DNA of 64,000 bases from Camelus ferus (lineage: Eukaryota), in assembly GCF_009834535.1 (NCBI RefSeq), contig NC_045697.1, positions 112,098,001 through 112,162,000 of the forward strand, read 5' to 3'. Positions 13,802-25,199 of the stretch are shown here, piece by piece. Numbering within the stretch: position 1 is the first letter of the stretch; the number at the start of each line of letters is the position of its first letter. Made by a program: the position numbers and the translations under genes. The notes beneath the pieces were generated by a model, which had not been told where the DNA came from, did no database searches, and worked only from the letters and a program-made list of their open reading frames with translations.

Positions 13802-14215
13802 TTTTTAATTGCAATTTGGAACTTATCTTTGCAGTTGATTTGGTATTTCCTCTTTGTTCCTTTCTTTTTCCTTTTGTGGTTTGGTAATTTTCCTTTGTAT
13901 TATCATGGACTTTATTTAGTTTTTGTGACTCCCTTGTAAGTTTTTGGCTTGTGGTTACCCTTTTTTGTAAGTCTATTAGCCCATTACTACAACTATTTTT
14001 ATTTAACTGATAGTAACATGATCTCAAACCCATCCTACTAAGAACAAAAAATTTAAAAGAGAAAGAAAAAAATTCTATACTTTCCTGCCTCCCTCTCCCA
14101 CTCTCAATGATTTAGATGTCTTCTTTTACAATTTCATGTTTATTTTATTTGTAATTCATGAGTTATCACCTTTCTAGTTGTGAGTTTCTCATTTCTGTAG
14201 CATCCTGCTGCTTTT

Positions 14216-15118
14216 CTAGAGTAGACCTTTCAATATTTCTTTTACCATGGGTTTAGTATTGCTAAACTCTTGTAGCTTTTTCTTGTCTGTGAAATTCTTT
14301 ATGTCTCCTTCTATCCTAAAGGATAGCCTTGCTGGATAAAGTATCCTAGGCATGCATCTTTTTTTCATTCAGGACTTTGAATATATCTTGCCACTCCCTT
14401 CTGGCCTGTAGTGTTTGTGTAGAGAAATCAGCTGAGAGCCTTATGGGGGTTCCCTTATAACTCACTCTTTGCTTTTCTCTTGCTGCCTTTAGGATCATTT
14501 CTTTCTCCTTGACTCTGGCCATCTTGATTATGATATGTCTTGGTGTGGGTATGTTTGGGTTCTTCCTGTTTGGGACCCTCTGAGCTTCCTGTACTTGGAT
14601 ATCTGATTCCTTCTTTAAGTTTGGGAAGTTTTCAGTCATGATTTCTTCCAATACCTTTTCAATCCCCTTTGATCTTTCTTCCCCTTCTGGGACCCCTATT
14701 ATGTGAAGATTGGCACACTTTATATTATCCCATAGGTCCCTTGTGCTATTTTCATTTGTTTTTATTTGTTTATCTTGTAGCTGTTCTGATTGGTTGCTTT
14801 CTGTTGTCTTGTCTTCTAGGTCACTTATTCGTTCCTCTACATTACCTAGTTTACTTTGCACAGCCTTTAGATCATTTCTCATCTCAGCCAATGAGTTTAC
14901 CAATTCTACTTGGCTCTTTTTTATAGCTTCCATTTCATTTTTGACATATTTTATATCTCTAAACACTATCTCTTTTAGTTCCTTCAGTACTTTGATCTCT
15001 CCTTTTTTGAAATCTTGATCTAGTAGGCTATCGATGTCTGTTTCATTGATCGTTCTTTCAGGGGATTTCTCTTGCTCTTTAATTGGGAATGATTTCTCTG
15101 CTTCTTCATCTTGCTCAT
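14216..15118 (-). pseudogene. L1 ORF1 (coiled coil, RRM, CTD), frameshifted
   Basis: Likely true start MSKMKKQRNHSQL at 15118 with a 1-bp frameshift into KEQEKSPE...LWDNIKCANLHIIGVPEGEE..ENFPNL..TPRHIIIK..GTPIRLSADFS. A second shift precedes PRILYPARLSF...KEILKGLL*. Confidence 0.92.
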
Positions 15119-15354
15119 ACCTCTCTGGCACTGTGGTTTACGGAGTATCAGTTATCTATTGTGGTCCTTAAGGAGCTTATTTATTTATCTATCTAATGCC
15201 TATGTAGGAATAAACAGGTTTTTGGCATCTCTGTCTTTTGAAGAGGACGATATTCTGTCCAAGTTCCGCGGGTGCTCTGGTTGGCTAAGTGGGTCTGTAG
15301 ATGTGAGTCTTGGTGTATTTGTGGGAGAGGGTGAGCTAAAAGCGTCCTTCTACT

Positions 15355-15365
15355 CCGCCATCTTG
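15355..15365 (-). promoter_or_regulatory. YY1 site of the L1 internal promoter
   Basis: CAAGATGGCGG about 10 nt from the element 5' end, the known position of the L1 YY1 site. Confidence 0.75.
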
Positions 15366-15914
15366 GCCTCCTTCCTGAGTTGAAGCTTCTGAGGTATCAG
15401 GCTCATTTCCTCCCACCTCTTCATACATCACACTTCAGCAAGCAGTTGCCCCTATTCAAAGAAAGGAGAAGGCAGGGATGATGGCAGCGGTGGAAGAGGT
15501 GCCGACCTCTTCAGTGGGGCTGGGGGCAGAGAAGGGAATGACTGGCCTCAGCCTTGAATCTTGGCAAAAGGAAACAGCACTCCCAACAAGAAAGCATGGA
15601 AGAAGACCTCGTACAATTTTTCTCACGTCCCTACCCACCTAATTTTTTCTTTTCTTATGAAAAAACAAATTTTTCTTTAAGCATATTAAAAGTAACTTGA
15701 TTTTTCTGTTGATCCAAACAAAACCATTAATGAGAAAAAAGTGAATGATGCGGAGACGAGCATATCACAGTGTGAATGGTGGCACTTCATATGGATTGCC
15801 CTGGATTAGTTCTATGTTAAAGAATTTGTACTTATCCATCTTTTGGCCAAAGCCCTGGCATGAAATAGATGAAACTCTCTGTGGGATAATTGGAGAGAGT
15901 TTTGCCGAAGGGAT

Positions 15915-16321
15915 TGTTTTATAGTTGTGAGTCTCTCAAGGTAACCAATAAGAAACTGAAACATTCTACTAATTGCAACTATGGGAAATTGTTACCATCT
16001 TTGGCTTGATGAGGCAACAAAGCAAATTTTTACTGAGACTCTGGGAGGACTGAGGCTGCAGGAAAGGGATATCCAACAAAAGAGGTGTTCAGCAACTGTC
16101 AACTGTATTGGCATAGAGGGAGCAAGGCTAGGAAGTCCATTCTCTTTCCAACAGCATTCCAATTTTCTGCTGTTATCCTTTGCTGGCCAAACCCAACCAG
16201 AAGTCCAAAGACAAGGGAACTGGTTGATAGGATTCTTAAGGAACAGCCTCCTGGGGCATGGAACGTGGTGGCAATTGGAGTACAGTGTGGATCTGGAAGG
16301 GTGAACAGAAATGCCAGCACA
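15915..16321 (-). mobile_element. ERVL-class LTR (LTR33-like)
   Basis: ggccaaacccaaccagaagtccaaagacaagggaa...cagcctcctggggca...ggatctggaaggg...ccagcaca resembles LTR33. Confidence 0.6.
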
Positions 16322-16379
16322 CCTATTATATTCTCAAATCTTTTAAATAATGATTATGAACTTGTTCATTCACATGAGT

Positions 16380-16860
16380 TGGTAGGAAATTTGGCAAAAT
16401 ATCTCAAAACCTGAAAAGTCCCAATTTTAAGAATGTATCATAAGAAAATGGCATAAATATGCACAATAACTAAGCTATAAGAATGTTCTTCAAAACAGTG
16501 TTTATAATAATACAATATAAATTTGGAAGTAATCTAAATGCCTTAAAGCAAGAAATTGATTAAGTAAACTGTGATTTATCAATACAGAGAAGTAACATTA
16601 AGTCATAAAAATAATGTTGAAGTTTATCTTATGACATGGAACTACATTTCGTCGTAACATTCATAGGATAGACTTGTGGTATGACAATTTTTTTTTGTAA
16701 AGAAAAAAACAGTATATATGTTTGTAAAGCACAAGGATTAGAAAGATAGTCATCAAAAATAATGTTTTTTTCTGGTAAAGTATAAATGATTTTTTAAATT
16801 AAATGTATTGGTTTGTCCATAAGTTTGGTATATTTTATAGTGAGTATAAATATTAATTTA
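16380..16860 (+). mobile_element. Ancient LINE-1 (L1ME-like) 3' fragment
   Basis: tttggcaaaatatc...aagaatgttc...gtgtttataata...ttggaagtaatctaaatgcc. Confidence 0.5.
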
Positions 16861-16922
16861 GTTATTCAAATAATATTTTCAATTAGGTCAAATGAAAATG
16901 GTTCCATTTAAAGTGGAGCTCT

Positions 16923-19900
16923 TGAGAGATCCAGATCAAGATGGTGGAGTAGGAAGACCCAGAGCTCACCTTCTCCCATGGACATACCAAAACAATAGCT
17001 ATATGCAGGCTAACTACTCCAGAGAATGACCCAAAGACTAGCAGAACAGATTTTTCTACAACTAAGCATATAAAAAAGGCCACACTGAGCTGGGTAGGAG
17101 GGGCAGAGATGTGGTCCAGTCAGAATGCCCACCCTGGTGTGGCAACCCACTAGCAGAAGGGTATTACAACCATGGAGGTTCTCCCTGAGGAGCGAGGGTC
17201 CAAGATCCACATTGGGCCCCCTAGCCCAGGGGACCTGCACTGGGAAGACAAGCCCCCTTAACATATGGCTTTGAGTGTAAACAACTGGGAGAGATAAAGG
17301 GCTACGAAAAACTGAGACTCTGTTCCTGAAGGGCTCACACACAAACTCACTCACTTTGAGTCCCAGTGCTGAGGCAGCACTTGAAAAGCACCTTTGTCAT
17401 ATGAAGAGATTCAGGGACTAATTTATGGCATGTGCTGGAGGGGCAGAGATCTGGTGGAACTTCCTCTGGGAATGGATGTCTGGTGGGTGCCTTTTTTTTT
17501 TTTTTTTTTTTTTAACATTCCTTCCACCCAGCTGGTTCAGCACTGGCAGGTGCCATATCTGTCACTCTCCATCAGCATTATACCCTGCCCCAGAATTCCC
17601 CCAAGAACCTGCCCTATTCAAAATGCCCACCCCAGCCAGCCTCTCCAAAGGGTCTCGTACCCCTCCCTGCCTGATAGGCAGCCTTGGCTGGCACTGACAC
17701 CCCTCCAAAGCAGCTCCTGCTCCAGGGGGGCCAGTCTTGCACAATAGTGGGCCTGCAACATTTGTGTCCAGACCTCATAGCCAGTCATGACAGAGGCCAG
17801 CATGGCACATCAGCATGCCTGCAGCAGTTGTGGCCAGACTTCTCAGCCAGATGGGCCAAGGGCCAGCCCCACACACCAGCACACCTGCAGCAATCATCAC
17901 CCAACCACAATAGAAGAGCATGCCCAGACCCCACAGGGGATACCCTTGGACACCTGGCTCTGGTCACCAGGGGGGATTGTGCTGCTGGGTCCCACAGGAA
18001 ACCTTCTACATAAGGCCACTCTTTCAAGAGTGGGAGATATAGCTGATATATCTAATATATAGAAACAAAGAAAGTTAGTCAGAATGAGGAGACACAGGAA
18101 TACCTTTCAAACAAAAGAACAAGACAAAATCTCAGAAAAGGAATTATCCAAAACAGATCAGCAATTTACCAGGTAAAGAGTTCAAAGTATAGTCATAAAA
18201 ACTCTCACTGAATTTGAAAGACAAATAGATGAACTCAGTGAGAACTTCAACAAAGAGAAAGAAAATATAAAAAAGAACCAATCAAAACTGAATAATACAA
18301 TAACTGAAATGAAAAACACATTAAATGGACTCAACAGCAGACTACAGGTTGCAGAACAGATCAGTGGTCCAAAAGACAGGGTAGTGTAAATGAGAACAGA
18401 AAAAAAAGGAGTATGAAAAGATGGACAGTTTAAGGGACCTTTTGGATAACATCAAACGTACTAGCATTTGCATTATAGGGATCCTAGAAGAAGAAGAGAA
18501 AGAGACAGAAACCCTATTTGAAGAAGTAATGGCTGAAAACTTCTTAACCTGGCAAAGGAAACAGATATCAAAGTCTAAGAAGCATAAAGAGTGTCTAATA
18601 AGATGAATCCACAAAGATCCACACCAAGACTCACAGCAATTAAAGTGTCAAAAGTTAAAGACTGAATTTTAAAAGCAGCAAGAGAAAAACAACTAGTTAC
18701 ATACAAGGGAAGCCCCATAAGGCTATAGGCTGATTTTTCAGCAGAAACTTTAGAGGCCAGAAGAGACTGGCATAATATAGTCAAAATGCTGAAAGAAAAA
18801 ATTACAACTAAGAATACTTTATCCAGTGAGGTTATCATTCAGAACTGAAGTTGAGATAAAAAGCCAGGGTAGCACTGCTTATATCAGACAAAATTGACAT
18901 TAAAACAAAGGTTGTAACAAGAGACAAAGAAGACCATTACATTATGATAAATTGATCAATCTAACAAGAAGATAAACATTTGTAAATAGCTATGCATCCA
19001 ACATAGGAGCACCTAAATCCATAAAGCAAATATTAACAAACATAAAAGGGAGAAATTGATAGTAAACAATAATAGTAAGAAAATTTAACATACCACTTAC
19101 ATCAATAGACAGATTCTCCAGACAGAGAAACAATAAAGAAACACTGGCCTTAAATGACACATTATATAAGATGAAATTAATTGATATATATGTGGACTCT
19201 TCCATCCAAAAGCAGGAGAATAGACTTTTTTTTTCAAGTGCACATGGAACGCTCTCCAGGATAAATCACATGCTAGGCCACAAAACAAGTCTCAATAAAA
19301 TTAAGAAGAAATCATGTCAAGCATCATTTCCAACCACGATGTTATAGAAATATAAGAAATCAGCTATAAAGACAAAACTACAAAAAACACAAACACATGG
19401 AGATTAGATAATATGCTACTAAGCAACCAGTGAGTCACTGAAGAAATAAAGAAGAATTCAAAGAATATCTGGAGACAAATGAAAACAGAAACAATGATCC
19501 AAAATTGATGGACCACAGAAATGCAATTTAAAGAGGAAAGTGTATAGCAATACAGTCCTACCTCAGGAAACAAACAAACAAAAAGCTCTTCAAATAAACA
19601 AATAATCTACACTAAAGGAACTACAAAAAGAAGAACAAACTAAGCCCAAAATTAATAGAAGGAAGGAATAATAAAGTGGATATAAATGAAATTGAGACTA
19701 AAAGAAAAAACAACAGAAAAGATCAATGAAACTAAGAGCTGGTTCTTGGAAAAGATAAACAAGATTGATGAATCTTCAGCCAGCCTAATCAAGAGAAAAA
19801 TGAGAGGACCCAAATAAATAAAATCAGAAATGAAAGAGAAGTTACAACTGACACCACAGAAATACAAAGAATCATAAGAGTTTACTACAACTATATGTTA

Positions 19901-21681
19901 ATAAAATGGACAACCTATAAGAAATTAACAAATTCCTAGAAACATACAATTTCCCAAGACTGAATCAGGAAGAAATATAAAATATGAACAGAACAAGTAC
20001 CAGTAATGAAATTTAATCAGTAATTTTTAAACTTCCCAAAGCAAAAGTCTATCAATAGATGGCTTCAAAGGTGAATTCAACCAAATATTTAGAGAATAGT
20101 TAACACCTATTCTCAAACTGCTCCAAAAAAAATTGAGGAAGTATTCCACACTCATTCTATAAGGGCACCATCACCCTGATACCAAAACCAGACAAGGACA
20201 TAGCAGAAAAAGAAAGTTACAGGCCAGTGTCCCTGATGAACACAGATGCAAACATCTTTAACAAAATGTTAGCAAACTGAATTCAACAATACATTAAAAG
20301 GATAAAACAACATGATCAAGTAGGACTTAACCCAAGGATGCAAGGATTTTTCAATATCTGCAAATCAGTCAATGTGATAGACCACATTAACAAATTGAAG
20401 AATAAAAACCATATGATCATCTCAATGGATGCAAAAAGAGGCTTTTGACAATATTCAACATCAGTTTAAGATAAAATTCTCAACACAATGGGTACAGAGG
20501 AAATATACCTCAACATCATAAAGACCATATATGAAAAATCCATAGCCAGCATTATATTCAATAGTGAAAAGCTGAAAACACTTCCTCTAAGATCGAGGTC
20601 AGTACAAGGGTGCCTACTCTCACCACTTTTATTCAACATAGTACTGGAAGTCCTAGCCATAGCAATCAGGCAAGAAAAAAGAGATGATAGACATCTAAAA
20701 TGGATAAAAGTAGTAAAACTGTCACTGTTTGCACATGACATGATACTATATAAAAACTCCTAAAGACACCATTAAAAAGCTATTAGAACTGATAAATGAA
20801 TTCAATTCAGTGGCAGCCTATGAAATTAATATACAGAAATCTGTTGTGTTTCTATACAATAATAACAAAGACTTTAGGAAAACAAGCTCATTTACAATTG
20901 CATGAAAAGGAAAATAACTAGGAATAAATCTAACCAAGGAGGTAAATGACCTGTACTCAGAAAACTACCGTATAAGATTCTGACAAAAGAAATGAAAGAT
21001 GTATAGATAAGTGTAAAGATATAGTGTGCTCATGTCTTGGAAGAATTAATATTATTAAGATGACCATACTCCCCAAGGCAATTTTCAGATTCAGTGCAAT
21101 CTGCATCAAAATATCAATGTATTTTTTCTCAGAACTGGAAGCAATAGTCCTAAAATTTGTATAGAACACAAAAGATGATGAATAGCCAAAATAATCTTAA
21201 AGAACAAAGCTGTAGGTATTGCTTCCTGATTTCAAAACTATACTACAAAGCTACAATAATCACATTAGTATGGCCTGGCACATAAAGAGACACATAAATA
21301 AATGGAACAGAACCGAGAGCCCAGAAACGAACCCACACACATACGGTCAGTTAATCTATGCCAAAGGAGATAAGAATATACAATGGGGAAAAGACAACTT
21401 CGTCAATAAGTGGTGCTATGGAAACTGGACAGCTATATGGAAAAGTGGAAGTGGACCACTTTCTCACATCATATACAAAACTAAACTCCAAATGGATTAA
21501 AGACTTCAGTGCAAGACCTGAAACCATAAAACTCCTAGAAGAAAAGCATAAGCAGTACTTTCTTTGACATTGCTCTTAGCTATATATACATATATTTGGA
21601 TATGTCTCCTTAGGCAAGGGAAACAAAAGCAAAAGTAAGCAAATGGGACCTATCAAACTAAAAAGCTTCTGCACAGCAAAG
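16923..21681 (+). mobile_element. Older LINE-1 with intact 5' end, internal deletion and missing 3' end
   Basis: caagatggtggagtagg 5' end, ~1.15-kb 5'UTR, ORF1 from ATG 18084 (DLLDNIKRTSICIIGI..ENFL), ORF2 RT remnant ([29 protein letters not shown]). Stops at aaaagcttctgcacagcaaag. Confidence 0.92.
17730..17895 (+). repeat. 66-bp tandem repeat (~2.5 units) in the L1 5'UTR
   Basis: gccag......cac....ag....cctgca.ca units begin at 17730, 17796 and 17862. Confidence 0.8.
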
Positions 21682-22158
21682 CTGTCAAGTCTAGTCAAAT
21701 CTATCCTTTGCTATCATTTGATTTCGTAACCCCTTCTCCTTTTTAATGGTCTTTGTTCTATTCTCTTCCACCTGGGTTATGACAAAGGCTACCTATTGGA
21801 TCTTCCTCACCACAAATTCCCATCCTGTAATGTTGCCTAGATATTGGCACTAAAGTGTCTTTCATCAAATGCATAATTAATTATTTTTTCCCTTACATAA
21901 AATGTCTTGAATGTAACCCTAATAACTTAGATTGGTGGGCCAGTTTCTTGATTATTTGAACTCTCTCTAGTTTTTGAACCTCTTTTCTCAGCTTATGCTT
22001 TTGTTTGTTTATTTGTATATTGGTGTTCCCAGTGTAACAGAGTATATGTGGTTTCCCATGTGGCTTTCTCTTACCTGTCTGGTCTGCTATTTCTTCTTGG
22101 GATACTCTCTCCTGTTCTCTGACTCCAGCTTGTCCTGTAAACTCCACTGAAGCATTAT

Positions 22159-22609
22159 TCTAGTGGGTTGAATTGTGGCGTTCCAAAAGATATATCTAAG
22201 CCCCAAATCCTGGTACCTATGAGTGTGAACTTGTTTGGAAAAAGGGTTGTTGCAGATGTAATTTAAGGTAAAGATCTCAAGATGAGATAGTTCTGAATTA
22301 GGTCCTAAATCTGATGACCAATGTCCTTATGAGAAACAGAAGAGAAGACACAGAGGCACACAGGAGGAGCTGTGTGGAGGAGGAGGCAGAGATGGGACTG
22401 TCCTTCCACAGCCAAAGAATAGTTGATGTCACCAAATGGGGAGGGAGGGAAGTAAGGATTATGCCCCTGAGCTTCTTGAGGGACTGCAAGTCCCACTGAC
22501 ACACTGATTTTGATCTTGGGGTGTCCAAAACTATGGGAAAATAAGCTCTCTTGCTTTAGTCCATCCAGTTTATGGTAATTTGTTATAGCAACCCTAAGAA
22601 ATGAAGGCA
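22159..22609 (+). mobile_element. MaLR solo LTR (MLT1C/D-like)
   Basis: gtgggttgaattgtgg..ccaaaagatat...ttggaaaaagggt..tgcagatgtaatt...ccagtttatggtaatttgttatagcaacc. Confidence 0.85.
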
Positions 22610-22659
22610 AGCAGTTTCGTAGGAAATTTCTATTTGGGAAGCAGTATCTAAATATAGCT

Positions 22660-23335
22660 GCACATGTAGACTTTGGGCTCAGGCAGACTCGAGTTGGAAG
22701 CTTGCCTTTTTAAGAATGACTGTGATTTGGGTCTAGATTACTTATCTCTCTGAGCCCAAGATTTTTTTCATCTGTAAAATGGGATAATAAATCTAATACT
22801 ATTCAGCCATAAAAAAGAATGAAATAATGCCATTTGCAGCAACATAGATGGACCTGGAGATTGTCATACTAAGTAAAATAAGTCAGAGAAAGACAAATAT
22901 CACATGATAACACTTATTTGTGGAAACTTAAAAAAAAAAGAACACAAGTGAACTTATTTACAAAACAGAAACAAACTCACAGACATAGATGACAAATTTG
23001 TGGTTACCAGTGGGGAATGGGCAGGGGGTAAATTAGGAGTTTGGGGTTTGTAGATACTACTATATACAAAATAGATAAACAACAAGGTACTATTGTTGAG
23101 AACAGGGAACTATATTCAATGCCTTGTAATAACCTACAAAGAATATGAAAAAGAATATATATATGTATAACTGAATCACTTTGTTGTACACCAGAAATTA
23201 ACGTAAAATCAACTATCCTTCAATTAAAAAAAAGGGTAATAATATTTACCTTATAGGACTGTAATAAAGAATCAAACGAGACAATCGTGAAAAATGACTG
23301 CACAATGTAAGAGCTCAATAAATATGAACTGAGGT
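22660..23335 (+). mobile_element. MIR split by the L1 insertion at 22795-23233
   Basis: tcatctgtaaaatgggataata | ... | gggtaataatatttaccttataggactgtaataaagaatcaaacgaga. Confidence 0.75.
22795..23233 (+). mobile_element. LINE-1 3' end, 5'-truncated
   Basis: tattcagccataaaaaagaatgaaataatgccatttgcagcaacatagatggacctggag...ttgttgtacaccagaaatt...caattaaaaaaaa. Confidence 0.92.
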
Positions 23336-23989
23336 GTTATCACTCTTCTAAAACCCCTACCTCTAGTCAACACTAAGTGCCCCCCTTTTTCTGGGTTCCC
23401 ATTGCACCTTTGGTCAATCCCTATTATAGGGCTCATTACTCTGTGACCTCCTTATTTTTCCCTTAAATATGTTTATAAATCTTTTCCCCCAGCTGCCTAT
23501 TAAACTCATTAAAGGCAGAGCTGAGTCTTATTCCTTCTCATCTGCCCGGGGAGTCGTACAAAGCCAAGCAGATGGTCGGCAGGCAGCATAACTGAATGGA
23601 GGGATTGTGGCACTGAGATGCTTTCCAGGGTGGGGCCTGATACAGCACTGGGAAAGGATGAGAAGGCGCTTCCTAAGTATTATTCTCTGATGCTCACCAG
23701 GACTCACAGATCTATTGGACTTATGGAAAAAACTCTTGCAATTTATACAAAGACACTAATTCACCCGTATAACTCCATTTATTATCGGACTACATTATTT
23801 TCAGTTTTTAAGATCACAGACTCAAACTAACATGGGCCTATAGGTTCCTGAGCCTTGCTCGAGCATTTCCTGCTCTGTGAAGTCTGCACTGATTCCCCCT
23901 CCCCTCCCCAACCAAGTTAGTCATTTCCTTTTGTATTTTGTGTATGTTTTTGCTCTTCTGAATGGTCCATACTTACTTACTTAGCTGTC

Positions 23990-24250
23990 TAGGCTCTGCA
24001 CTGCTTGAGCGCAAGCTCCAAAAATTGTTCATCTCTGCATCCTCAGTCCCTGGAATATACTTAGAACGTAATAGGCAACAATGACTATTTCTTGAATGAA
24101 CAAATGAGTGAATATAATCCCACTGTTTACAGATGATAAAAAAAAAAAATAAGCTCCAGAAATACTGAATTGCTTACAGCACTTATTTGAATATCTGGGG
24201 TCAGAACACAGAAACCCTGGTACCAAGTTTTGGGCTCGCTCCACTACATT
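23990..24250. mobile_element. L2 3' end followed by a MIR fragment
   Basis: ttcatctctgcatcctcagtccctggaa...ttcttgaatgaacaaatgagtgaat, then cccactgtttacagatgataaaa. Confidence 0.55.
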
Positions 24251-25088
24251 GAAAGGCAAAATCTCTTTGGAGGGATATTGAGTAAATATCCAGGATGGAT
24301 TCTAATTCTCAGAGGGTGTTGTATACTCTTCAACAGAGTTAATCATTCACCACTTCCTATTTATCAGCTCACTGAAACTTGGAACACAGAGGAATCATAA
24401 AGCCTGCATGGCTTGTCATGGACTAGACTTCTCCCTTCCCGCGAGGTTGCTTTTCCACTTAAATCGTAATTCATATGCTATGCATTCTTGATTTAGGCTT
24501 CACGGAATGTCAAACTTTTTTTTTAATCACAGGTTGCATAATGCAGTCCAGTTATGAATGGCAGTGGGTATAATAATCTTTTTCATAAGGCTAGTCCCAC
24601 AGAGGGGAGGATTCTGTCATGACACTGTGATGAAAGCTAATTATGTCCCCCCTTCCGTAATCCTTCTTCCATCATGCCAAGAATGACTATCAGGAGATTG
24701 CCAGCTGGAACGCTCTCCTATTTCACTCAGACTCTGTCAAGAACTTTATTTACCACGGAGATGGAAAGTATCTTTCCTCCTGCCTCAGGGCTTCGACCTA
24801 TCATTTTGACAGCCTTCACTTTATCAAGGAAATTGTGTCAATTTAAAAACTGTAGCCTTCCTTATCTGGTTGAATATCAAATTTTAGATATAGAAGTATC
24901 TCTTCAATGCCACACTTAAAAGAGAATTTGAGCCCAAATTAGTGAAGATTTCTACTTTTGAAAGACCATTACTCTTTTAATGAGCCCCGTGGAATTACTT
25001 CAGAAGGATTTCCTTAAGTTTGAAATTTTCCTGGACACTACTATTGTCTTAAGCCATTAACAGGTATGCATGTCACATGTATGTCAAG

Positions 25089-25090
<2 letters not shown>

Positions 25091-25158
<68 letters not shown>
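25091..25158. repeat. (AC)34 perfect microsatellite
   Basis: Uninterrupted AC run. Confidence 0.97.
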
Positions 25159-25161
<3 letters not shown>

Positions 25162-25199
25162 AATATATGATCCCAATCTGCATAACTTAATGCAAGGTC

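Larger units (their letters stand above)
9655..15375 (-). mobile_element. Near-full-length young camelid LINE-1, inactivated
   Basis: 5' end with YY1 motif CAAGATGGCGG (plus strand ccgccatcttg, 15355-15365), ORF1, ~410-bp spacer, ORF2 (EN, RT, C-terminal Cys-rich region), 3'UTR with G-tract and polyA at ~9655-9670. Confidence 0.95.

Noticed and set aside
9997..15118. Active, retrotransposition-competent L1
   Set aside because: ORF2 is split into at least six track fragments and ORF1 has two frameshifts. Some homopolymer indels could be sequencing errors, but there are too many lesions.
10597..15383. Plus-strand ORFs of 65-155 aa, hydrophobic and F/L/S-rich
   Set aside because: These are antisense shadows of A-rich L1 coding sequence, a well-known artefact.
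9627..15386. 8-bp inverted match gcttcaac / gttgaagc on either side of the L1
   Set aside because: L1 TSDs are direct repeats. An inverted 8-mer at unequal distances from the ends is probably chance.
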